Below, piece after piece: positions 35,327 through 46,340 of a DNA stretch of 64,000 bases. Both the position numbers and the translations under genes were made by a program. The notes beneath the pieces were generated by a model. That model was given only the letters and a program-made list of their open reading frames with translations, ran no database searches and was not told the DNA's origin. The DNA comes from Hemiscyllium ocellatum (lineage: Eukaryota): the NCBI RefSeq assembly GCF_020745735.1, contig NC_083410.1, positions 39,468,117 to 39,532,116 of the forward strand. The letters run 5' to 3'. Within the stretch, counting starts at the first letter, position 1, and the number at the start of each line of letters is the position of its first letter.

Positions 35327-37133
35327 GTAAGAAGACCAATAATGTTTTAAAAAATACTAAACCCTGACACTGTTGTTGAGAGTCTGGGAGAAAGTGATCA
35401 ATATATCTTTTTAAACTTAGCTGCTGAGGTGTCCATCCAGCAGCTCAGTCATTACGTCTCTAGTAATGATTGAGTCCGTCCCCTATCCGCACTGATCCAT
35501 CTGGGAAATCGTTGCACTGCTTGAGTGGTATTTTTTGAGTGGTATTTTTGTCGGAGAATTCTCATAAGGGTGCTGCTTGCTGCATTCAGTGGGCAGGACC
35601 AAAGGCTCCTGCCATCTTCAAAAAGACAGAATAATCAACAGGAGGGCAAGTGTCTCAAGATTTTGGATTCTGTCTTTCCATCCCACAGAACTCTGCCCCT
35701 CCCACCCTCCAAGGCGGGAGGAAACTCGAGGAGTTGTGTTGCCCACATTCTAAACATGAAACAAAAAAGAAATCTTTTTTGTTCTGGGCGTCAGCCTAGA
35801 AATTTGATCTGTTTTGAACTTGCAAAATGTTAAATGTTAGTTCAAATCAATACAATAGCTTTGATTGTCACCTTCATATCACCTACAACATTGCAAGAGG
35901 TAGGTGCTTGTTTTTGACTGGCACAGACGCAAGGAGTTGAAGGGCCTTTTCTGTGCCATATACCTCTTAGAACAAATTTGCAAAAATGGTCCCGGGGTTC
36001 AGAAACTTATATTGGGAAGATAGATTGGCAAGGTTGTGACCGTTCTCCTTGGGGGAAAAAAGGCAGCCAATAGGACATCTGATAGAAGTTTTCAAAATCA
36101 TGAGATAGACAAGAGGAAGAAACTGTTCTCACTCATAAAAGCATCGAGAACGAGGGGGCACAGAATTAAGGTGCTTTGCAAACGTAACAGATGCGATGAG
36201 AACATTTTTTTCCAATCTGGAATACGTTGCTTGGAAGTCGGGTGGAAGCTTATTCCACCGAGGCATGGAAGAGGACGTTAGATGATAATTTGTAAGAGAA
36301 ACAATGTACAAGGAGATAGAAAAGACTGGAAAATAGCACCAATGAAGCTTCCACAGAGGCAGGTCCTTTGCTCATTGTTCACAGATACTTCTTCCTGAGC
36401 CATTTTCCTTGACAGTTTTTGTCAGTAGTTTGCCATTACTTTCTATTCTTGACGGCAGATCACAAATCAACCTCAGCCAAAACAAAATTACAACTGCCCT
36501 CACTGTTGTCATTATTGTGAACTATAGACCAGCTCTCTTAAACCAAGTGAGCTAATGAGTTCCTCTGTTCATGACAAAACAGTAGAAACTATTTGTAGGA
36601 CTAATAAGGACTGGATTATATGATGCAAGCTGCAACAATAGAAATAAGCTGTACAAAAGAAAAATATTGTGGCTGCTAGAAATCAGAAATAAAACTGTAA
36701 AATGCCGAAAATACTTTACAGACTAGGCAGCATCTGTGGAGAAAAAGTTAATCAGTTTCCCCTATCCACAAGTGCTGTCTGCATTACTTTTGCACCAAAC
36801 AGGTCTAGATGCACACTTTGAGGATTAGTTGTGTGTGTTTTGCTTTTTCTATGGTTACATTAATACAACAAAACTATCAATAATTCATTAAAGTGAGTTT
36901 CCCTCATTAATGGCACATATGTATGAAGTTAAACTTTTGTTTTTTAATGTTGTCGCTAAGCAGAATTTTCTGTGAAGTATACATGGTATTTTTGCCCCAC
37001 CTGTCTCCATGCCAATGAAGGAGATGAATTAAACACTATTTATTTGATTGTGATGCAAAATCCTTTAGTTACAGTGAATTCTAAGTCCACCTCAAGCTTT
37101 TAAATGCCTTGTATGGGAAGGGCAGGTAATAGC

Positions 37134-37288
37134 TGAAAATGTGTTGCTGGAAAAGCGCAGCAGGTCAGGCAGCATCCAAGGAACAGGAGATTCGACGTTT
37201 CGGGCATAAGCCCTTCTTCAGGAATGAGGAAAGTGTGTCCAGCAGGCTAAGATAAAAGGTAGGGAGGAGGGGCGATGGAGATGTGATA
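37134..37288 (-). mobile_element. 155-bp PLE family C mini-element with a 17-bp TSD
   Basis: Reverse complement matches the 3' end of the PLE at ~61970-62141; TSD gaagggcaggtaatagc at 37117-37133 and 37289-37305. Confidence 0.85.
37190..37225 (-). ncRNA. Minimal hammerhead ribozyme motif (family C, intact)
   Basis: Minus strand reads AUUC CUGAAGA A GGGC UUAU GCCC GAAA CGUC GAAU. Confidence 0.75.
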
Positions 37289-37305
37289 GAAGGGCAGGTA
37301 ATAGC

Positions 37306-37640
37306 CTAGTAACATTAGTAAATATCCAAAGACCTAAGCAATGTTTTGGGGTCCTAGGTTTAAATGATGAAATTTGAATCCAATGAATAGATCCAGAATA
37401 AGAAATGTAATAATGACCATGACATTTTTTTTATGACGATCTGGCTCATTTATGCCCTTTAGGGAAAAAACCTGCTGTCCTTACTTGACCTTGCCAACAT
37501 CTGACTCCAGCCACACAGAAATGAGGTTGATGTTCAATGGCTGAGAAAGCCATGCAGTTACATCCAAGGGCACCTAGGGATGGGATATAAATGTTGGCCA
37601 GGTATCAATGCCCACATCCCATCTAGTGAAATAAAAAAGA
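37306..37640 (+). mobile_element. Old SINE-like repeat with a CR1-type tail (related copies ~39080-39410 + and ~44290-44680 -)
   Basis: Shared core (ctcat.tatgccctt.agggaa..aa..tgc..tccttac) and tail (agggatgg...taaatg.tgg...gcccacatccca). Confidence 0.55.
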
Positions 37641-37672
37641 AACATCTTCAGAAAATCATTTTGATTTTGTCA

Positions 37673-37984
37673 TTAGATTAGATTAGATTAGACTTACAGT
37701 GTGGAAACAGGCCCTTCGGCCCAACAAGTCCACACCAACCCGCCGAAGCGCAACCCACCCATACCCCTACATTTACCCCTTACCTAACACTACGGGCAAT
37801 TTAGCATGGCAAATTCACCTGACCCGCACATCTTTGGACTGTGGGAGGAAACCGGAGCACCCGGAGGAAACCCACGCAGACACGGGGAGAACGTGCAAAC
37901 TCCACACAATCAGTTGCCTGAGTCGGGAATTGAACCCGGGTCTACAGGCGCTGTGAGGCAGCAGTGCTAACCACTGTGCCGCCC
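37673..37984 (-). mobile_element. HE1-type tRNA-derived SINE (young)
   Basis: Head GGGCGGCACAGTGGTTAGC (A box), GGTTCAATTCC (B box), tail (TCTAA)n. Confidence 0.9.
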
Positions 37985-38249
37985 ACAAGCTTTGGACAAT
38001 GACTTTTATAGATTACTAAAATGTTTTAAACAGATTTTGTATTATTTGAAAACAACAGATAAAGAGAATGTTTGTAAAAGAAAGCAAAAGCAAGACAAGA
38101 TGGGTTTTATTTTCTGTTTAGTTACCATGAGTAGGTGCTGAGATGTAGTCTGAAAACAAATCTTGACAGTATTCTTTAGCTTACACTTGCTGGTTGATGA
38201 TGGACACTGGCTTCGAGTGTCTTTAAATTTTCAAGCTTTTGTAACTTTA

Positions 38250-38640
38250 AAGTGGCACTCACCTTGCCTTGATTGAAAGAAACTTTACTTCAGAATTATA
38301 AAGCCATAGATTCAAGTTCTACCTCATAGCCTTGAATGTACAACCTAGCTTGACACTTCAATAGAGTACTGAATACGTACTACACGGTCAGAGGGACCAT
38401 TGCTCAGAGGCCACATTAAATCAAGGTGTACCTTATCAGGAGAGAAAAGATTCTGTGACAATGCTATTACTCAAAGAACAGGTGAAAGCTTTCCTAGATA
38501 ATGTCTATTCCTCAACCAGTACCATTGAAACAGATTATCTAGTCATTTAATTTGTTATTGTTTGTGGGCACTTCGTTTGCAAAAGTTACTGACATGTTTT
38601 CCTTCATAACAACAAGCAGTGAATATAAGCACTGAAAATC
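38250..38640 (+). mobile_element. Old SINE resembling Deu-domain SINEs
   Basis: Degenerate ctag.ctgacact.ca.t..agtactga...tg.cactgtc.gagg pattern; family assignment is from memory of the consensus. Confidence 0.4.
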
Positions 38641-39939
38641 TTTTCAATTGTTTGGATGCTGCAAATTGTAAGAAGTGAAGTGTCAATGTCAATGTAAACA
38701 CAGTCTGTGTTTATTCTCCCTTTAATGACTTGGTTGCAACCCACACTACCAATACTCCATCTGAATGTGAATTTACTGTTACAAACTCAGAGCCTATTAT
38801 CTGTTTGAGTGTGTGTGTTGGATAGTGGAGCGAAGAACAACCCAAAAAATAAGAGCAAGACTAAATCATATGGACCCTCAAGCCTGCTCTATCATTCAGT
38901 AATATCATGGCTGATCTGATTGAAGTCTTAACTCTGTGTTCTGCCTGCCTTTCCATAACCATTCTAGATTAAAAATCAATCTCATTCAGCTGACCTTGAA
39001 CATTTTAAATAACTCCAATTCACTGCTCAGGGAGGGTCAGAAATCCATAGATTGATGACCTTCTGAAAGAAGAGGCAAAAGATGGTGGTGGAATTGTAAT
39101 GGTATTAGGTTAATAATCTAGAGCTCCAGACTAATGCTGTAGGGTCAAGCATTTAAATCATACTATTTAACTTCAAATAATAACTAAGAATATAAACCTT
39201 GTCTCCATAATGGTGACAAAGACAACTAGCATAAATTGTTATAAAAACTTATAGCTCATCGACTGCCTTCAGGGAAGAAAATTTGCTTTCTTTACATGGT
39301 CTGGCCTGCATTTGGCTCCAGACCCACAGCCACTTAGTTCAGGGCCAGTTAGGGATGGACAACAGAGGCTAACCTTACTAATGGCAGCACGTATCCGGTG
39401 GAAAAGTAAAACCTCCATTTTCAGTTGGAGATCTCTTATTTTTAAACGGAGTCATCCAGCTCTACACTGCACAGCCTCTACCTTGTCAAGCCCCCTCAGA
39501 ATCCTGTATGTTTCAATAAAATCCACTCTCATTCTCCCAAGCTACAATCAGCATAAGTCCAAGTAGTAATTATGTAATTATGCGTGAACTTTGGTGAAGC
39601 TTATTTGATGGGCCAAATGGCCCTTTAAAAAATAACTTGAGATGCATGATTACCGAGCTATTTATCAAAATAAACTGATTTCACAATGGAAGGTAGTGAA
39701 TGTTTCATATTGTACACTCTATATGTTGACAGAGATCCAGATTATTTCTCTCAATAAAACATTATTCTAGTTTAAAAATAACTTTCATACGTTTCCTATC
39801 CACATCAAATTATGCTATGACATTCACACTTCAGGAGAAACTCAAAAACAAGGATCTACAATCAACAAAATGGCAAGTTAAACCATGTATTATAAAAACT
39901 TGACATTTTATTCTTAAGTTTGTGATCAAAGATAGGTCT

Positions 39940-40110
39940 GAAGATATCAATGGAGACAGAGCAGAATTAAAGTTTCATGTGGAAGACAATTCATCAGACA
40001 TCATTCTGATGAAAAGCCACTGGCTTTTCTCTTGATTAATGCGGCCTGACCTGCTGAGTAGGTCCAGCCAGATTTCCAGCATCTGTAATGTTTTGCTTTT
40101 GTATTACTAT
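39940..40110. mobile_element. Ancient head-to-head PLE-derived repeat with two decayed hammerhead cores (related relics ~27085-27150 and ~36655-36790)
   Basis: tcatcag (39991-39997, CUGAUGA on -) with tttc at 39973-39976, facing ctgatga (40006-40012, +), followed by the tail gcctgacctgctgag shared with family C. Confidence 0.5.
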
Positions 40111-40210
40111 TGCCTGATGTTCTATTGTGTTCCTGATTTCTTCCTTTACCTTTTGATCCCTTTAGCCATAAGAACCATATCAAACACCTTCTTGAAAATA
40201 GAAACTAGAA

Positions 40211-40640
40211 CATGTTGCCAGGGTTGGAAGATTTGAGCTAGACGGAGAGGTTGAATACGCTGGGGATATTTTCCCTGTAGCGTCAGATGCTGAGGGGGCG
40301 ACCTTATAGAGGTTTATAAAATCATGAAGGACATGGATAGGATAAATAGACAAGGTCTCTTCCCTGGGGTGGGGGAAGTCCAGAACAAGAGGGCATAGGT
40401 TTAGAGTGAGAGGAGAAAGACATGAGAGAGACCGAAAAGGCAATGTTTTCATGCAGAGAGTGTTGGAGGCTAGTACAAATGCAACATTTAAAATGCATCT
40501 GGATGTATATATGCATAGGAAGGGTTTGGAGAAATATGGGCTGGGTGCTGGCAGGTTGGACTGGATTGAAATGGGATATCTGAACAGCATGGATGAATTG
40601 GACCGAAGGGTCTGTTTCCATGCTATACATCTCCACGACT
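40211..40640 (+). mobile_element. CR1/HER1-like LINE 3' end
   Basis: LRGRPYRGL-type (shifted LRGDLIEVYKIM) remnant; tail ggaccgaagggtctgtttccatgct shared with HE1-type SINEs. Confidence 0.75.
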
Positions 40641-40900
40641 CTTACCTATCAAGAGGCCTGCCCATACATCCTACACTTTAGTTGTAAAACATTTCCCTAA
40701 ATAAATGTTTGTGTGGGGAAATCATGAGCTGTTCAAATAATTTTTCCACGTTTTAGAGTTTGAACATTTCTTATTGAAAAGATCATGGTGGGTCAGATAT
40801 TCAATGTTGAATTTAAAATAAAACACACAGTTGTGTTGCCACGCATTATAACAGAAAGTTCAGGTCATGCACTATAACACAAGGTTCAAATTGAACAAGG

Positions 40901-41025
40901 ACTATCACCTGATGAAGGAGCGTCGCTCCGAAAGCTAGTGTGCTTCCAATTAAACCTATTGGACTATAACCTGGTGTTGTGTGATTTTTAACTTTGTACA
41001 CCCCAGTCCCAAACTGGCATCTCCA
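40901..41025 (+). mobile_element. PLE family B mini-element (ribozyme plus tail)
   Basis: Near-identical to the reverse complement of 21403-21527. Confidence 0.8.
40906..40940 (+). ncRNA. Minimal hammerhead ribozyme motif (family B, intact), sense to PRPH2 pre-mRNA
   Basis: CAC CUGAUGA A GGAGC GUC GCUCC GAAA GCUA GUG; predicted cleavage after CUA (40937). Confidence 0.75.
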
Positions 41026-41598
41026 AGGTCATGAGGGTTGGTGATAGGACAGATGTGGAGAGGATTTTTGTTTTTTAGAACCTAGAATTAGGGGTCACTG
41101 TTTAAAAATAAAGAGTGACCCATTTAAGAGAGGAGGCTTTTTTTTCTCTCAAAGGATGGTGATTTTTGGAATTTTTTTCTGGAGAAGGTAGTGCAAGCAG
41201 AGTCTTTGAATAATTTTAAGGCAGAGGCGATAGATTCTTGGTCAACAAGGAGGTGAAAAGTTATCAGGAGGTGGTGGGTAATGAAGGCAATAGAAATAGT
41301 TATGACCTTCTGGGTTCAAATGAGATTAGCATCAAAGCAATCTAAATTCAATACTGATCTAACCACACTGTTGCCTTGTTCTGGTTTGCATTCTGGCCAG
41401 TTGGAGGCTCGTTCAGGGCAAGACAGCAAAGTCATTCTGTGACATAATTGCACAAGTCAGGAAATTTGACCTTTGAATTTTTATAACAGTCTGAACATCC
41501 TCAATATGCTTTGCAAATCCTTGGCTGAGAATGTTATCACCAATAGGTCAATTAAGTAACTGCATAAATTCAGTCTTAGAATGCCATGAATGGCTTAA

Positions 41599-41688
41599 GT
41601 CGAGAGTGTGGAGCTGGAAAAGCTCAGCAGGTCAGGCAGCATCCTAGGAGCAGGAGAATCAACATTTTGGCCAAGAGCCCTTCATCGG
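41599..41688 (-). mobile_element. 90-bp PLE family C-like mini-element with an 11-bp TSD and a decayed hammerhead
   Basis: TSD gaatggcttaa at 41588-41598 and 41689-41699; minus strand reads CCGAUGA A GGGC UCUU GGCC AAAA UGUU followed by the family C tail. Confidence 0.75.
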
Positions 41689-42656
41689 GAATGGCTTAAA
41701 ACCCATAAGCCAGCAATCAATAGCAGAAAAATTGGTTAATTAATAAAGTCGTCCTCTGGTTGGCAGGGATTTTAACAAATGTGTAAATCCATTACCAGGT
41801 TCAGGTAGAAACAGTAATGGGACAAGATGAACTAACTTCATCCTGAAATTGCAGACACACAACCAAGTTACTGACAAACTCATAATTGTAATAATTTTTA
41901 GCATAATGCAGAATAATGCATGCTCTTTGCATGCCCCTTTCAGCTAAATTCAGAGAACACAGTAAAATAGCATTCAGAATCAAAGGCTTATGGACCCCAA
42001 ATGGGCTCGGGGTGCCATCTAACTTCAAATGTGCAGCATGCTATCAAAGAGTATTTTCATGTTATCACTGTGTGCCCAGCCAGAACTACCTATTGGAGCA
42101 TGGACTTGCAGGATTATCCAGAGCCAAGCAAGAATTCTAATTCATCCCAGTGATAGATTTACCCCGTCAGGCTGTCCGATGACTTACCAACAATGCCCAG
42201 AATACCAAGGGCATGCCTGACTCAGGTATCAGAGTATTTTTTTTCAATTCGTCTATGAACAAATGTCATGTCAGAGCCAAAAAAATGTCACATTGCACAG
42301 CTAACCCAAGGAGGATCATCTCCAGCCAAATGGCAATAGGGTAACAATGTGAATAAACTATTTTCAAAGGCAATGTTTCTTTTCATGGACAACAATTTTA
42401 ATTTGCAAAGTTCACAGCCAGTGTACTTCCTATCAATAAACTGCTTCATAGATATTTTAATCAATCTTTTCATATTGTTATGACACACCTTTGGAGCAGG
42501 TGAGTCTTGAATGCAGGCCTTCTGGCTCAGAGACAGGGACACTACCACTGCATGTCAAGAGCCCTCTTAAATTGCTTTATACTTGGACAATGCCCTCCTA
42601 TTTGTGACTACCACAGACTTAGTTAACTGATGGTATATTCTCTACCTGCATTTTAG

Positions 42657-42881
42657 GTGACTGTGATGGTTGGGATCCAATATTTGCGCACAGCCCTGGA
42701 TAGCATTGCAAATCCTGAAGATCCTGAGAGTGATAGTGAGGGTTGGTTAATGGAGAAAGGTCTGAAGGAAACACTTAAATCTCTCCTGGAAAGTGTAAAA
42801 GAGCTGGGTAAGTTCAATCAGGTAGCTACTGCTGAAGAGGTGAAAAAGGAAGAGGGCACGACTGTTGCCACAGTCAGCTGA
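42657..42881 (+). CDS. PRPH2: Peripherin-2 exon 3 (225 nt including stop)
   Basis: Acceptor ttttag|GTG; VTVMVGIQYLRTALDSIANPEDPESDSEGWLMEK..LESVKELGKFNQV..TVS*; total CDS 1053 nt = 350 aa. Confidence 0.96.
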   Translation: MTVMVGIQYLRTALDSIANPEDPESDSEGWLMEKGLKETLKSLLESVKELGKFNQVATAEEVKKEEGTTVATVS

Positions 42882-44892
42882 AGAGACAAACAACAAGTTG
42901 CAGGAGAGGGGGAGAAACAATTTAGACTATGAAGGAAATGAAAATTGAATGAATGTACAGTACAAATGAAATGAATAATTCCCTTTGTTGTTTAATATAA
43001 AAGGCATGTACCCCAAGGACTTTATTTTCCTGTATTTGCCACGCGTAATCTATTATATTGTATAAACCATCCACCATTTAACAAAATATGTAATTCATTT
43101 ACTTACAATATTTGAATTATGTTAAATTAATTTTGAAATTTATTTGCTTGTAATATATAAAGAGATAAATATAACCAATGTATTGCTTCTGAATCTGGAA
43201 ATATGGATTGTGTGATGACAGTACTTATTTAAAACAGTCCTGCCATTTTTAATGTAGCTCAAATGCTATGTGAAGTTATATAGTTTGTGTTGTTACAAAA
43301 TAGGGTTCAATATTAAAAGCATCTTCCAAGACAGAAGGGCATTTTTCATGGTGAAAATTTTCCATTAATACTTTATGTATTTCAATAATTCATGTTAGAA
43401 ACCAAAATCAAAATCACAAATGTGACAAATCAACTTTTACAAAGAACTAAAATATTCTCTATTCAAAGCAGGGCTATTAAAACAAACAACATAAATGGGA
43501 AAATTACGAAGTTGGATCAGTTTTCAAAAAAAATTTGAATTAAACACAGTTAATGTGATGTTCCCAATACTTTCTGAAATCAGTATTGTAAATATAAGGA
43601 GATTCCTTTGTGGTCTGCAGTTAAGTCCATAACTATTTGTTTACACCTATTCATTCGGATAGGAGGTGCAGTTGAAAAAGCAAATCAATTACACCACAAT
43701 ATGTGTACAAGCGCAGTCATTTTTTATGATTCTGTATAGCAATGACTTGTATTCATATCATATTGAAACTAAACCATGTTACATTTTGTTCATTAAATGC
43801 AATTTTTATAAATAGCTTACTGTTACTGCCAAAATTGTAGTTCTGTTTAGGATAGAGTCACAATATATTCAGTTACTACAGGACACTAGCTAAGAAATGT
43901 CTGTCTCATTAATTCAGGCAGTCTGAAATTTTGAGATACAATGGGATTTGGAACCATTTTATCTTAAGTCTCATAAACCAATGTCCTTTTGATTATTTGG
44001 AACAGCTCTATGCTAGCAATTTGAGATGTAACTGCCTGTTGCAGTTTCAAGGATAAAAGTCCTAAGTATGCTTAACATCAGTTTATAGGATTAACTTTTG
44101 TAATTCTTTTTCAAGGAGAGACAACTAACTCATCATGACATCCAACTACACATGGAAATGTGATAAATGAGAGGACAGAAAGGATAAACATTGTTCCATT
44201 TGTATAATTCTCAAAAAAGTAAACATGAATTATGATTAAAAACGTAAATATTCTCCCAACTGTCATTTTACTCTTGTTTTAAATAAAAGTATTCCTTCAT
44301 GGGATGTATGCATCACCGGCAATGCCAGCATTTATTGACCATCCCTAACTTCCCCAGAAAAAAAAGATGCGGGGAATCTGCTTTTTGATAACTAATGGTT
44401 TGCTAGGCCATTGCGAAGTTCCAACCATTTTTTTATGGGTCTGAAGTCTCATGTAGACCAGGTGGGCAGGGATAGACCAGATTTCCTTCCCCAAAGGGCA
44501 TTAATGTACTAGAAAAATTTTAAAGAACAATTGTTCATTACATAGTACAAAACCTTTTATTCCAAATTTATTTAAGCAGCAGAATTTAAGTTGCTGAGCT
44601 GCCACGATGGTATTAAAACTCCTGAATCCAGATCATTACTCTAAATACTAGATAATTAATCCAGTACCATAGCCACTGCTTCAAAAAAAAAATCCCAGAA
44701 GTTCTTCATAATTTAGCAAAAAACATTTGCATTGGCAGAGCACCTTGAAGAGAAATGAAATGGCTTAGGACACTACAAAAGAAACAGATGGAACAGGATG
44801 GAAAAACGGCAGTGAGAGGAATACTTTCTCAGCAAACTTTCAGAGATGTAAAGTGAAACAATAAAGCAAAGAGTGAGTCAGTTACAGTCAAG

Positions 44893-45555
44893 GACTTGCT
44901 GTTCTGGAAGCTCTGTCACCAATAAGGGAGATCAGAAGGAAAAGGAGGATACATAACTGGTCAGAAACTCTGTCTTTTAATTGAGGATATACCCATCCAT
45001 GTCTGAGTACCTTTCCCCGCTAAAACCGTTATCTATACTTCTGCTGCTGCACAACTCAACTTTCTTCACCAGCATCAAAACCCCATCATGACACACACTC
45101 TACCTTCCATAACATCAAAGTTGACACTAAATTTAGTTGATGATCACAGCTGTCATACCCAATGTCCAATGGCTTCCATTTCTTGAAGGACTGAATTCCA
45201 AACCTTCGTGCAATGTTACGAATGCTGTTGTGGACTTGCCTCACATTATTTCTACAATGTCTTTCATGCTTTACAGTGACCAAGCATATCAAATTCAGTG
45301 TATGAAATAGCAAGAAGCTATTGGAAATTGTAGACGGCAGCAGTGATGGTCAAGTAGATTTTGTGCAGGCACTAGAATTTTGCACAAGTCTGCATAGTGA
45401 TGAGCTTTGGATGCTGGTGAGAAGAAAGCTATGATGCTGCAAAAGTATAGATAAAGATTTGAGCAGAAAATGGTACTCAGTCTTGATGATGGATGGATCT
45501 ATCTTCAATTAAAGGATTGGAACAGCTCAGGACATGAGTCTTTTCAGAACAGCAC
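44893..45555. repeat. Degenerate long inverted repeat (core arms ~44977-45090 and ~45397-45517)
   Basis: Both arms give gatgctggtga..aagaaag..agtatagataa..ggtactcag..tggatgg..tatc.tcaattaaa. Confidence 0.65.
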
Positions 45556-46023
45556 ATTTGATATTTCCCTGAATCAATCTAGACAATAGGTACAGATTGG
45601 CACTATGAATGCCTCATTTTTTGAGACACTTCTTCTAAGAACAAGGAGCTGTCATGGTGAGGCTCCAGTGCAACATTGATAGCTGCCAGCTACAAACATT
45701 TATCTTAGATTTCTTGAATACGAGTCAAAAGCTGCAGTATTTGCTTTTATGCTTTTCACAGTCTCTTTTTGTTGATGTTGAATCCTTGACAGAATACTGA
45801 TAGTAATTCTGCCCCTATATCTTATGACCTTATGAACAGTGAGCAGAAAGTTGTGTTTTATCAAAATGAAACTTTCTAAAAATAAAAAATTGTTATCAGC
45901 ATATCTCAAAATACTTAACATTTTTTCCCCAAATGCTGTGACTGAAAATGCATGAACAAACTTGACCTATGTATCAAAAATCTGATAAATAAACTTTAAA
46001 CTAAATAGATAAGAGTGAGTTAT

Positions 46024-46340
46024 GGGCAGCACAGTGGCTCAGTGTTTAGCGCTGCTGTCTCACAGCACCAGGTTCAATTCCAGCCTTGGGCATGTGCGCG
46101 TGTGGAGTTTGGACATTCTTCTCGTGTCTGCATGAGCTTCCTCCGGGTGCTTCGGTTTCCTCCCACAGTCCAAAGATGTGCAGGTCAAGTGAATTGGCCA
46201 TGCTAAATTGTCCATAGTGTTTGGTGCATCAGTCAGAGGGAAACGGGTCTGGGTGGTTACTCTTCGGAGGGTCGGTGTGGACTTGTTAGGCCGAAGGGCC
46301 TGTTTCCACACTGTAGAGAATCTAATCTAATCTAATCTAA
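46024..46340 (+). mobile_element. HE1-type tRNA-derived SINE
   Basis: GGGCAGCACAGTGGCTCAGTG head, GGTTCAATTCC B box, (TCTAA)4 tail. Confidence 0.9.

Noticed and set aside
37699-37956. Repeated MWKQALRPNKST ORFs (also 46060-46311) as a gene family
   Set aside because: Antisense readings of HE1-type SINE copies.
42867-42878. C-terminal PDZ-binding motif in PRPH2 (ATVS)
   Set aside because: Terminal residue is Ser, not hydrophobic, so it is not a canonical class I motif.
46024-46090. tRNA genes at SINE heads (also 37920-37984 and 49520)
   Set aside because: A/B boxes only; no full cloverleaf, and followed by SINE body and tail.
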